DNA of 64,000 nucleotides from a virus (lineage: Duplodnaviria; Caudoviricetes), in the IMG/VR virus record IMGVR_UViG_3300044712_001597, positions 1,687 through 65,686 of that record. One strand, given 5' to 3'. A program made the translations under genes and the position numbers. Below the pieces are notes generated by a model, which worked only from the letters and a program-made list of their open reading frames with translations, was not told the DNA's origin and made no database searches. Below, in pieces: positions 30,401 to 37,301 of this stretch (the first letter of the stretch is position 1; every line of letters begins with the position of its first letter).

Positions 30401-31844
30401 ACTCTTCAGGAGTAAGCGTCTTTTTCGACTTGTCAACGCCCGTTCCGAAAGCCCTGCGAGTCCAATCGGCTGAGTCCGCATCCGCTCCTACCCGCTCAAT
30501 CAGCCCTTTCCGTCCACGAATTCCGATGTCGTCGATTTGTCTTCCAAGGTCTCGCATGAAACGCCCTGGAACTTCCAGTGCTTTCGCGGGAATATGCGTT
30601 GCCATGGAGATAGGCGTATGCATCCCGGCGATCCAAGAATCTCGGCTTCCGGTAAGCCACTCGCTGAAGTCTTGAGACTTGACTCTCGCGATTTCCCCGG
30701 TTTTACGAAGTCCTGCTCCAAGGGCTTCAATCGGGTGCTTTCCGAGCACGACTGGCTTCAATAGAGCCCGGGATGCCACATCGCCCACGGTCTCAATGGC
30801 CGCCGTAGTAGCTTGTGAAAGTGGACGCACGGCCGCTGCAGGAAGACTCAGCGGAGAAAGAATTTCGCCAAGATCGGAGATTGACTCAGTTGGAACGATT
30901 GACTGCGCAAGTACGAGATCTTGGTAGGCCTGTTTAGCTTTCTCAGCTTCCTCAGGACTTGCGCCTTGAAGCTCGGCCGCTTTTTGTGCGGCAGCCTGCA
31001 ACAGCGGATTCTGAGAAAGCAGTTCGGTCGCGCGATCGGGATTCGAAGCGGCGCCCTGCTGCTCCGCAGTGCGCATGATGTCGCGAAGTTGATAGTTCTC
31101 GAATGATTTTTCCTCAGACTGCGGCTCGAGTGAAATAGGACTCGGAGCTCCGACAAGAGCAGAAGCGAGAAGTCGGGCAGTGGCGGTCACGGGGCCTCCT
31201 TGCATCGCGACGTCCAACAGCGGCGATCCCCCCGGAACTTCGCGCATTCTATCGCTGGCTGTAGATCCGTAAAGCGAACCGCGAACGCCGGAGTTCGCTG
31301 TTTCTTCGGCATCTTTAGCCACGCCTGAGGCGACAGACCTCCACGCTTGATTGAGCTGCTTTTCTGCTTCCACGAGCTTTTCAGGCTTAGGTGTCTGAGC
31401 TGGCGTAGTCGCGCCGAGAACTTCACCAGACGCCGGCTGCGGCTTTTGAAAGCTTGACGCCATAGCTTCTTTTCCAAAATTCGCGGTGGCTCCGGCTAAC
31501 TCAACCGCTCCTCGAGCCATACTTCCGAGCTGATCGACAGCCGCAGCCGCGAAAGTAGGAAGTTCACGAACGTCAATCAGTGGACGGGAGCGATCGTCCT
31601 CGAAAAGAAGTCGAAGTTGATCTTGAGTGAGAGTCTCACCGGCCAGTTTACGCTGGCGCAGAGAATCGACGTTTCGGTCAGCTTTCTTTTGTTCGTCCTC
31701 CAACTCATCGAGAATTTGCTTTTTGATTCCCGAAGGCTTTGCTGCTTCTGCTTCGAGCTCAGCTGCGATTTCGTCTTTGATCGTTTTTGGAGTTTTAGGC
31801 TTCTCGCTTTCAAGCTCCCTTGCGATTTCGTCTTTGATGCTCAT
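21492..31844 (-). CDS. Giant polyvalent (DarB-like) ejected virion protein with zincin peptidase and ADP-ribosyltransferase-like modules
   Basis: 3450-aa ORF at the end of the virion operon; HEIFH...E; YHG..GAHFG..GYDSI and YHTT..SLTT..KEYAV modules; repeated FMP linkers. Confidence 0.8.
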   Translation of the reverse strand: MSIKDEIARELESEKPKTPKTIKDEIAAELEAEAAKPSGIKKQILDELEDEQKKADRNVDSLRQRKLAGETLTQDQLRLLFEDDRSRPLIDVRELPTFAAAAVDQLGSMARGAVELAGATANFGKEAMASSFQKPQPASGEVLGATTPAQTPKPEKLVEAEKQLNQAWRSVASGVAKDAEETANSGVRGSLYGSTASDRMREVPGGSPLLDVAMQGGPVTATARLLASALVGAPSPISLEPQSEEKSFENYQLRDIMRTAEQQGAASNPDRATELLSQNPLLQAAAQKAAELQGASPEEAEKAKQAYQDLVLAQSIVPTESISDLGEILSPLSLPAAAVRPLSQATTAAIETVGDVASRALLKPVVLGKHPIEALGAGLRKTGEIARVKSQDFSEWLTGSRDSWIAGMHTPISMATHIPAKALEVPGRFMRDLGRQIDDIGIRGRKGLIERVGADADSADWTRRAFGTGVDKSKKTLTPEEFAEESARRVQRSSRGRNRARTVDWVIRQSGALNKSGVNGAVLGVMLALPDIENAEDLARQAGSGYGIGVSMGADLARKAEVALDPETSFRQKLDTALEIDARDRQRDDDADVERFRKSASPETLAAIDRLSNPEEAVNQIDAKLSQAIAKQQSNTEQGILDADLDDKIRSLRARREVLSSSKPEDIAATRRAYSLIVLDAFEKAGTLASDSGIGSNMNIRLLNAENAIDFVRELYGSKLTEAESIIANLGAKNDASLSDSEKAMLQLARQLVDKVQYTANELSQTRGAAFSKRSYANVDPALRPQNLEIPSMFVNLDAILSSRNSFGDMRRVLHHEIFHNLLQFKEVQDRLTPLRDQLFGRYNQNVDGTVSQQSPGIISDDQLDYAAEVYAAHMANPAAWKNSMGSQENMRAYIREEILAELSGFSNNDAFSLRDALDSPGQAIADWVNVGSKNRAVQVLKSALQSTGLFDEAGRFSDILGLTLTPQMLALYRQFERSVRSLNGALIEAASSSDARQPEVSIPELLTNRVLQEKYKDTSEVLSTEIAIVIRDKDGVTLREIKVTPDLEQAAARLVQEYRVQNGRLVDENGREMTLPPTIDMSNLPEGAKVSTDTVIKRNVDGTPIQLTAKEVKSRARLRGKLIREAVDRAPNDGTPNRFQDVGNGVYRGILTPSQLAAIDALSNDIVSPSLKRRIRSFNTVLQKQDGTRIVMEYQAALKAGKYKSLAPRIRDVVPIGFHFSKDGNFLATTISVSRMFDKLNLWSEKKPERLNLWGRDKAKFWTDVHRVLVNHQAGEKGAVGLDTDPAIALQKKNIVNDFFNLFTKDTEGLNPDRSRLPVKRGQDSADRLIMSARMDRINAFEISSAEKIPVDYGKMTINFMPASENDSTPERIKLAKSFMSKQKISNSYRVRGAAWLGKNLEWINVSNHIDVFPEEYVNMRRVDYEDVMAAGYVRVQTYGDTIYYEGSPTRKQRKEIEDTAIENGMTAVYDSPGGPKFMPGESQDYTRERLTDLFDRYNDGDDLTSQDMIDELQFISQDAPEGYFSPEFLERLDEAARGIKEQYSEWGGRDDLSIVDQVINEAENLLSRPDSGQPQFMPGDFVARQRAKNVTQFSDLFEIAKNQSPTEVARILNGMTWYHGGPRPITGTMTFDEANQHGAHFGQTLKQAYNRIWNLYDDTPSSFSVSLGEFSDDALGRNVAEVELADEHETRKGFVYKTRADLSKTLVIPRDVDDSAALTDFVLRPGNPHGLSVAPLSDSQIAEIKKLGFDDRIDATIDQLVKNGYDSIAYRNENEASPGQPGDISILVFKRERMLSPTTDRVQFMPREITGNPAVWEELYHTTNAEGARDIQQNGFRIIASSEQRLFPETVSLTTDTWGLGSHVVLATLEAENPLLIRVSGKRRKGELDLWDDFAHSDEKIISPAELGKRVVEFAKQNGHDVIVARGVPGVGKEYAVLKPNKLKATSAYPKFMPTANGFYSRLGKGFEEQKQEKFTAQQAEALARKFTNEEELKWTGIIPWIQDRESVTKQDILDYLQNEGNVELAEIVLGDSSETETVWRVKKNGSDVYSTSFRSPQEAINEIDAVEGLSLEESGYEIVPVRKPKKRKDELPRNTNWTLPGGDNHREIVLKAPGFGPSSRTITYYKVMKGGMIQMGGALYLTEDHARRAVRQINNATVEELGATIEPVQKLATEEQIEIDIHQRSKALANVGGSKSDEEHWKTLDDDKKRFYLKAARDAIGGVAKSQYPFSSSDTAHYSDLKALAWTRVNDRIDADGKPGLFIEEIQSKLHQVGREKGYRDTLQMAISPFGTVVPATMDEAAKVPDAPFRKTWPLQMFKRALREAVETGKEWIGWTTGETQAERYDLSKQVDKIDYDKAAKQLFIWPKGSGRSFSSAIVKTATIEELPDVIGKELAAKISENPSNRQTYSGLDLKVGGEGMKGFYDQILPKEIAKYVKQWGGKVERGDIELGELKVPKLNPITDVDWEAFAGAEEFSDKIRPYIGELAVNGRPASIIVDRNGVSVIGGEAEFEMSMFFREEDNTSSREGLEQANSILEDLLSVKTKEEAENLGWEMIIAPDENMEFKVSVAGEKVPIHRVSITPEMRRDVITQGQPQFMPSVTYDLPHDPKVTMADFYVLSYLETMPFDKIFASSVNSPDRIRGLRYKEYENDLDYAKRIFYPNLQEKLLDAVYFAIAAEFRHGLDNKQPKEIQDNPLYQQFIKYHSAYKAGYENRKPGEDAELKGQSDSYETSYAALRRAADKLGWTRTQVVSFAQTLFSKGRWNSAYGGRAWAGIADGWLMLRNAQTLSQKAVAIDHVYDLQHNTDTVFNKLQNYYRASEGHRWIKKMLDFKANAKSIRELLPFVSSKMRKIALPVLKDLEGRGEQVERPVSEMISKSPQPKSQKTLISSESLLSAFKPFSKEDWWGWAGAEPFSPTDPPLIYEWTTPSDIANTLIIDKTGIQIHSFDAHGIEFNYGVYHRQGINKSLKYLKEIVSAKSFEDIASAKSWKDLASEPEFDKSTSPGFDIAFKSLDAPESVDPQSKEANQSPKLSAGMTTADFINAAKKIAPDVQVENLHGFADSLTFELKVSPSQTIDVSGDDSKGWDVQMAGKVFGTLPSLDQVFALAQSQAEAHKDTSFGSSTSDGKPHKSDTLHDAAKSSISADFMAEFLMKYPDLKITGVSGLGNIDEFTVFNPNSPKSKRKTFIEKRNGGWSVWEIGRRIKEGESYDTLDEAVAAVFGKPKKTKTSPPKKNLAESLVNWASSQDWSKSNVHTDPQGNVWKIIDPNDITYGLTLNNHPVGLPVSNIHSASVTANLLFAALVENVSDEELQSLIDSKKPGGPGFQAMPLSDVGSDIPEVIDGESGVISPLSAVNLASEPIKVTPGSSSMTRFLSGLAEEPFRAMPGYNPRYSNPDGSFNRQSWIEERKKAETILLNRGIRKADASPEEYEEMIKQVLRNPRHQ

Positions 31845-31851
31845 AGCAGAA

Positions 31852-33372
31852 TTAGCGGGATTGGCGCATAAGGTTTTTCAGCTGCTCGCGGGTTTGAGCA
31901 AACGCAGGATCTGAGCGATCCATTTTTTCAAGGCGCTCAGCCAAGGCGTCAATTTGACGTTGACGATCTTGCGATTGCTGACTTTGCAAGTTCTTAAGGT
32001 TGGACGTAACAAGTTCCACGAAGTCTTTACGCGCTTTCTGGATTCGTTGGAGATTTTCTTTGAACAGGCGCGGAGAGAGTGAAGGACTGATCGAGCCTTC
32101 AGCGGCGGCCAACAGCGCCAGTTCTTTTTCTGAAATCGCGCCAAGTGCTCCTCCTGTTGGAGAATTACGGCGCATATCGGCCAGAGTCTTGAACGCCACG
32201 TCGGCCTCGATGTTTTCGATGAGCTTGCGCACGTCGTTAGCTCCAGTGTCAAAAGGAACTTTTGCGATAAAGTCAGACATGCGCCCCACGGCTGGCAATT
32301 TCGACTTGTTCACCAAAGCGACTACTTTGTCGATGTCTTCCACTGCACGAGTTGCTTGAGCAAGACCAGACTTGAGTGACTCGATTTCGCGCTCGGTGTC
32401 CGTGTTCGCCGTATCCGGCTCAAAGCGATACTGAACCTGGCCTTTCGCGTTGGTTTCAGCGCTCTTGATGCGGAATCCTTCGGGAACTTCCACTTCCGTG
32501 GCCGACAACGGAGCTCCCGGAGATTGTAGCCGAGCAGTCGGAGTCTTTTCCGCTTCTTCAACTCGCACCTGGCTCTCTGGCAAAATCTGCTGAGTGACGC
32601 GGTCCACTACCACGCTTCCGCCGTTCTCCACGTTCATGCGGACAAAGCGACTTGGAGCTTGCGTTTGCTCCTTCTGCGCTTGAATATCTTCACGCTGCGC
32701 GCGGGTTTGCATGCTTGACATCCGCTCTCCGAGATTGATATCGCGCACGGCCATCAACGGAGTTTCGTTGTACGCTCCAACAAACTCTTCAACAGGAGGA
32801 ACTAAAAGATCAGCCAGTGGAGTCCGTCCCTGGAAAGCGCCGCTTGAGTCAATCGATCGAGGCGTTGTGCTGATTCCTTGTTTTGAGGGGTACGCCGTGT
32901 CAAACAGCGGAAGATCGGGATCGACGTCTGTCGTCAAAGAACCGAAAGGTTCCATTGAGGATCCAGCATTCTTTTGGCGAAGAACGTTGACTTCTTCTTG
33001 AGCTTTCTCCGCTTCGATGAGTTCGCGATTAAGCTTAGCTTGTTCCAAAGGAGTAAGAGGCTTTTCTTCGCCCGCGGTTTCGCGAGCTAACTCCAACGCT
33101 CCGCGAGCCGCGTCAATCTTTTGCTGCTCACGCTTAAGATTATAGTCTTGCACTCCTTTGACCGTATCGACCAACGACCCGGCTCCGATGCGGATTCCGC
33201 TCAACAGCGACTCCAAGCCTGCGATTGACCCTTTCGCCAGCGAGTCAACCCCAGATTCAACTTGAAGAGCCGGCGTAGGAACGAGAGTGCGTCCATCAAC
33301 CAGGGCCAACGGAGAAAGCGAAACCGTTCGCGGAAGAGCAGCTGTTGAAGGAGAAAAGCTGAACCCAGCCAT
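31852..33372 (-). CDS. Internal virion/ejection protein
   Basis: Helical protein just before the giant gene; GGALGAISEKEL motif seen in phage ejection proteins. Confidence 0.6.
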   Translation of the reverse strand: MAGFSFSPSTAALPRTVSLSPLALVDGRTLVPTPALQVESGVDSLAKGSIAGLESLLSGIRIGAGSLVDTVKGVQDYNLKREQQKIDAARGALELARETAGEEKPLTPLEQAKLNRELIEAEKAQEEVNVLRQKNAGSSMEPFGSLTTDVDPDLPLFDTAYPSKQGISTTPRSIDSSGAFQGRTPLADLLVPPVEEFVGAYNETPLMAVRDINLGERMSSMQTRAQREDIQAQKEQTQAPSRFVRMNVENGGSVVVDRVTQQILPESQVRVEEAEKTPTARLQSPGAPLSATEVEVPEGFRIKSAETNAKGQVQYRFEPDTANTDTEREIESLKSGLAQATRAVEDIDKVVALVNKSKLPAVGRMSDFIAKVPFDTGANDVRKLIENIEADVAFKTLADMRRNSPTGGALGAISEKELALLAAAEGSISPSLSPRLFKENLQRIQKARKDFVELVTSNLKNLQSQQSQDRQRQIDALAERLEKMDRSDPAFAQTREQLKNLMRQSR

Positions 33373-33373
33373 G

Positions 33374-33826
33374 TTAGTACCCTCCGAGTTTGATTCCGCC
33401 GGGACTATAGAAAAGATTTCCGGCTTTCAGTGACTGGCCAAAAGGCGAGAGACCTGGAGCGTTCTTGTCTGCCACGGCCATCTTAGCTCCGGCGGCAGAA
33501 GGAATCGAAGTTCCCGGAAGGACGCCCGTAGCTTGAGCGGCTGCGGCCTGAGAAGAAGCATCAAAGTTGGTTTTCGCAACCCGATCTTTTTCTTTCTGCA
33601 CGGAGTCGAAGCGCTCTTGCTCGCGCTTGGCTTCTTCAGCTTTTCGGGCCGCCTCTTCTCGAGCTCGCTGCTGCTCGAGACTGCGCTGCAGCGCCGCTTG
33701 TTGCTCCTGCTGCATTCGACGTTGAGCTTCCATTTCAGCCTGCCAAATGGACATGCTGTTATCTGACGAGGTGTTGCGCCTCTCGTTAGACTTCTTCTTT
33801 TTTCCGCCGCCTCCAGATCCGCCCAT
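33374..33826 (-). CDS. Hypothetical virion protein
   Basis: MGGSGGGG start; coiled coil. Confidence 0.6.
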   Translation of the reverse strand: MGGSGGGGKKKKSNERRNTSSDNSMSIWQAEMEAQRRMQQEQQAALQRSLEQQRAREEAARKAEEAKREQERFDSVQKEKDRVAKTNFDASSQAAAAQATGVLPGTSIPSAAGAKMAVADKNAPGLSPFGQSLKAGNLFYSPGGIKLGGY

Positions 33827-33829
33827 AGT

Positions 33830-34708
33830 TTACTCCTTGCTAGTTTGAGTTGTTGGTTTCCACGAAAAGAGAGGTCCTAGCTCAGAGTCTACGCGCAAGT
33901 TGCAATACGCGGCCGAAGGAGATTCCCATGCCACCAAGTCGGGACGATTGACGACCTCAGTTTGATACTTCGGGCAAAACACGGAAGAGGGTTTTGACGG
34001 ATCCACGCAGCGAAAGCAAGCCGAGTAATAGTCTGAGTTGAGAGTCTTATCCGACTTGGTTTGACCGGAGGCCGCGTCATAGCGGTTTTCATCGAGAGGA
34101 ACATCGTACTGCCGAGCGTATTCAAAAACGTCTTCATCCGTCCAGTTCCTCAACGGGAAAGCAGCCGCGGCTCCCAGAGGATTCTGCACAAACGATACGC
34201 TGAGCGGAATATCGCCCGAACACGGATCGCTATCCACGGATTTGTGGCCGTGGAACATACAATTCCAAGTAAAGTCGAAAGATCCTGTCGGACGAGACAA
34301 AAAAGAAGTCAGACCGCACAAAAACGAACTTTCGACTCCAGGCTCTGTAGTTCCGCGCGCCAGGGTGAGATAGTCCGGAGATGGAGAAGCGAAAGAGCTG
34401 ATTTGATACTTCTGAAGAACATCCACACGCCCATTGCCTGCGCAAAGAGAAATTGACGACGGTGCGTAGTCATAGGTCTCAAGATTCCACTCTTGAATCA
34501 GGCGGAAAATAAACTGCAACTTGCGCGGATACCACGGTTCTTTCCAGCACACGACTGGAAGTTCAACTCCAAGGCCGAAGCGAAGCAAGTGCAGCATGAC
34601 GGTCGAATCTTTTCCGCCGCTCCAAAGAACGCACGGACGAGTATTCTCGCGAAGCACTTTTTCGCAGAAATCCAAAGTGGAAGAAACTTTTGCGGAAAGA
34701 GCGTCCAT
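33830..34708 (-). CDS. PAPS-reductase-family (PP-loop) protein
   Basis: WSGGKDS, PLRNWTDEDVFEY, CFRC...CPK. Confidence 0.85.
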   Translation of the reverse strand: MDALSAKVSSTLDFCEKVLRENTRPCVLWSGGKDSTVMLHLLRFGLGVELPVVCWKEPWYPRKLQFIFRLIQEWNLETYDYAPSSISLCAGNGRVDVLQKYQISSFASPSPDYLTLARGTTEPGVESSFLCGLTSFLSRPTGSFDFTWNCMFHGHKSVDSDPCSGDIPLSVSFVQNPLGAAAAFPLRNWTDEDVFEYARQYDVPLDENRYDAASGQTKSDKTLNSDYYSACFRCVDPSKPSSVFCPKYQTEVVNRPDLVAWESPSAAYCNLRVDSELGPLFSWKPTTQTSKE

Positions 34709-34711
34709 AGT

Positions 34712-35524
34712 TTAGAAAGCCAGCAATCCCGCACCCGCTAAAGAAGTTCCTCCGGCGATCAACGAGCCAGTAAGATTTCCCGAGTTTGAAAGATTTGCTC
34801 CAGTCATCGCGTTTGTAGCTTGCGCATTTCCCGATCTACGAGCTGCTTCAAGCTGAGCATTGTTCGTGCGACGTTGCGTCTCCATCTGCATGGCTTGTTG
34901 AAACGCGTTGAGTACGTTTGAAGCGTTGTTGCCGAGAAAGCCAAGTACCTCTCCGCGATGAGAGTCTCGGGCATCAGCGTTGGCGGACCGGACGGCCGTC
35001 ATGTTTGAAGCAATAGCTCCCGGATCCAAACCGGCGACGGGACGAGGAGTCCCTGCCATGATCGAAGCAGCCTTGGTTTGAATTCTATCACGGTCCGCGA
35101 TAAAGTCACGCCTTGTCCGGTCTGCGAGCGAAGAACGTGCAAATCCAGAGCCCAAGCGAGTGCCTGTGGCAATAGCGTCTTCCAATCCTTGACGCACCCA
35201 GAGGTTCGAGAGTTCGGTAGAAGGTCCGCCTTCGAGCTCGGACAGCACTTCACGCGGAAGTTTCTCACGCATGGTGGCCACTTCGGGATTGAGTTGACGG
35301 TCCAACTCTCGAGACTTGAGTTCATTCACCAGCGACTCGCGGGCCACTGCTTTCTGCAGCGCATCGGTATCCGCAATTCTGAGTTCAGGCGGAAGCGCGA
35401 TGGCCGCATCAGTGAGATTGCTCGAAAGTCGCAAAGCTTCAAGCAACCGAGAATTGTATCCTTCAAGAGGATTGACTTCAACCGGTTTTGCGACAACTGG
35501 TTTGGATGACGATGTTCCGCCCAT
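34712..35524 (-). CDS. Putative ejection (pilot) protein
   Basis: MGG start; Ala/Gly/Asn-rich hydrophobic C-terminus. Confidence 0.55.
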   Translation of the reverse strand: MGGTSSSKPVVAKPVEVNPLEGYNSRLLEALRLSSNLTDAAIALPPELRIADTDALQKAVARESLVNELKSRELDRQLNPEVATMREKLPREVLSELEGGPSTELSNLWVRQGLEDAIATGTRLGSGFARSSLADRTRRDFIADRDRIQTKAASIMAGTPRPVAGLDPGAIASNMTAVRSANADARDSHRGEVLGFLGNNASNVLNAFQQAMQMETQRRTNNAQLEAARRSGNAQATNAMTGANLSNSGNLTGSLIAGGTSLAGAGLLAF

Positions 35525-35538
35525 AGTGCTTGGATATA

Positions 35539-35922
35539 TTATGACTCTGACAATGAGTAAATCTCCCGCTTCAATCGAGTAAATCCAGCGGATTCAATCA
35601 TTTCAGTGGGAAATGTGGAGCGATCAGCCGCGAGCGGAACTCCAATCAAGCCATCGCCAGCATTCTGAAACTGACAGTGAGCTCTCCAGCTCTGAAGAAC
35701 TTCTACGACTCCGCGAGGAGTAGTCAGCGCGGGATGAAACGCTGGAAAAGCAATAGGGACGTAGAGAACGTCGGCGTAGCCAAACACTCTGCCCTCTCGC
35801 TCGAAGCAAAACACTTTTCCATTCCGCATAGGGTGAATTTCGTGGTCGAAAGTGCGCGCAAACTGCTGGAGCTTTACAAACTCAGGAGTATACGTTGGAA
35901 CATCGCAGATTTTGGTTTTCAT
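35539..35922 (-). CDS. Hypothetical protein (possibly GNAT-like fold)
   Basis: VFGYA...AGFTRL; lies between tail and ejection genes. Confidence 0.5.
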   Translation of the reverse strand: MKTKICDVPTYTPEFVKLQQFARTFDHEIHPMRNGKVFCFEREGRVFGYADVLYVPIAFPAFHPALTTPRGVVEVLQSWRAHCQFQNAGDGLIGVPLAADRSTFPTEMIESAGFTRLKREIYSLSES

Positions 35923-36632
35923 GGGAGTCGTTGGATTCTAAAGATTACCGGAGAACTTCCGGCACGATTGTCAGTATATGGATTGTCATACACACTGATT
36001 CCTAGCGGTCCGCCAGAATGATAGAAATCCATTGTTGGCTGAAGAGCTACCGCGGACAAGGCTTCGGCTTCAGTAAAGAATCTGGGCGTCTCGTACCAGT
36101 TGATTCGGCCGGTCATAGCCGTAGGAGTTTCGATATCTGTGTAGGTCGTGAGAAGTTGAACTCCGTGCCGTCTTCCGCCAGAAGGAGAAAAATGATTAAG
36201 ACCCCAAAAACTGGTCCCAGAGAAACCTACGACTCCTCCTATCCACGTCGCACGATAGTTTCCTGCCGGAGCGCTGAAATACCACCAACTCGGATTCCAT
36301 CCAAAGATATCCAGAACCACGTCGCGGAATTCCACCCACGGATCAACTACGAAGTCAGGACGGATCGGAGGAATCACGGGCTCAGTTACTTGAAGCGACT
36401 CGCTTTCGACGTTCTCAAACTGAGAAGCGGAGCTAGCAAAAGTCTTGTCAAACTCAAGTTGTTCAAGTGTCGAGAGCGAGGCATTGACGAGCGCGCAAGG
36501 AAGGCAATCCGACGACCGAGACTGTTTGACCGGAATAGACGAGTAGAGACTCGGAGTTCGGTAAGATGATAGCGGGCTTACGAAGCTTGAAGTTGTCTTA
36601 GAGAAGACCGCGTTAGAACTTGCCGCAGGCAT
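35919..36632 (-). CDS. Putative tail protein (paralog A)
   Basis: Shares N-terminus FVSP..LYSSIP..CLPC with the next gene. Confidence 0.6.
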   Translation of the reverse strand: MPAASSNAVFSKTTSSFVSPLSSYRTPSLYSSIPVKQSRSSDCLPCALVNASLSTLEQLEFDKTFASSASQFENVESESLQVTEPVIPPIRPDFVVDPWVEFRDVVLDIFGWNPSWWYFSAPAGNYRATWIGGVVGFSGTSFWGLNHFSPSGGRRHGVQLLTTYTDIETPTAMTGRINWYETPRFFTEAEALSAVALQPTMDFYHSGGPLGISVYDNPYTDNRAGSSPVIFRIQRLP

Positions 36633-36635
36633 GAG

Positions 36636-37292
36636 TTAAAGAATTGGAGAACGAAAAAGACGAAGAACGCCGTTTGCGCTGTATGATCCTCCTCCGTTGT
36701 AGAGAGTAAGCGTCCAAGATGTATTGGCCGGAATGAAAGCCAGAAGCGTCGTTTCTCCGCCGTTAAGTAAACCCGCCACGCTGTAAGGTTGGCCGTCAAT
36801 CGATCCTGCGATGGGAGGAAACACTACGCGTTGACCGTTGATTTCGAGATTGTTGTCTACCGAGGCCGGATTGTCGGACGGACTGTAGATCCAGCGATCA
36901 AATGGAGCCGGAGGCAAGGAATAAACTCCATAAGGATAGCCCGGAGGATCAGTAAATCCTCCTCCCGGAAACAGAGGCTCCAGAGCGATTTCTTCATACG
37001 GCTGAAAAGCTCCATCGGGAGGAACAGCAGGAATTTGAGGAAGAGTCGAAGACACACTTTGAGAATCTTGTCCTTCAAAAGCACGGGTAGAGGGAGTTTG
37101 AGCCAAAGTAGTGATAATCTCACGGCTAGAGCTTGAAGAAATATCAAGAACGGCACAAGAAAGACAACGAACCGCCGAAGAACGCAACAGTGGAATCGAA
37201 GAGTACAAAGACACTGGCAAAGTTCCACTCATCGGGCTAAGAAAAGCGCTCGGAGCTGTCTCGCTGAAAGAAACGTCTTTAGAAGCAGGCAT
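36636..37292 (-). CDS. Putative tail protein (paralog B)
   Basis: N-terminus FLSP..LYSSIP..CLSC. Confidence 0.6.
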   Translation of the reverse strand: MPASKDVSFSETAPSAFLSPMSGTLPVSLYSSIPLLRSSAVRCLSCAVLDISSSSSREIITTLAQTPSTRAFEGQDSQSVSSTLPQIPAVPPDGAFQPYEEIALEPLFPGGGFTDPPGYPYGVYSLPPAPFDRWIYSPSDNPASVDNNLEINGQRVVFPPIAGSIDGQPYSVAGLLNGGETTLLAFIPANTSWTLTLYNGGGSYSANGVLRLFRSPIL

Positions 37293-37301
37293 GCGTAAAA
37301 A

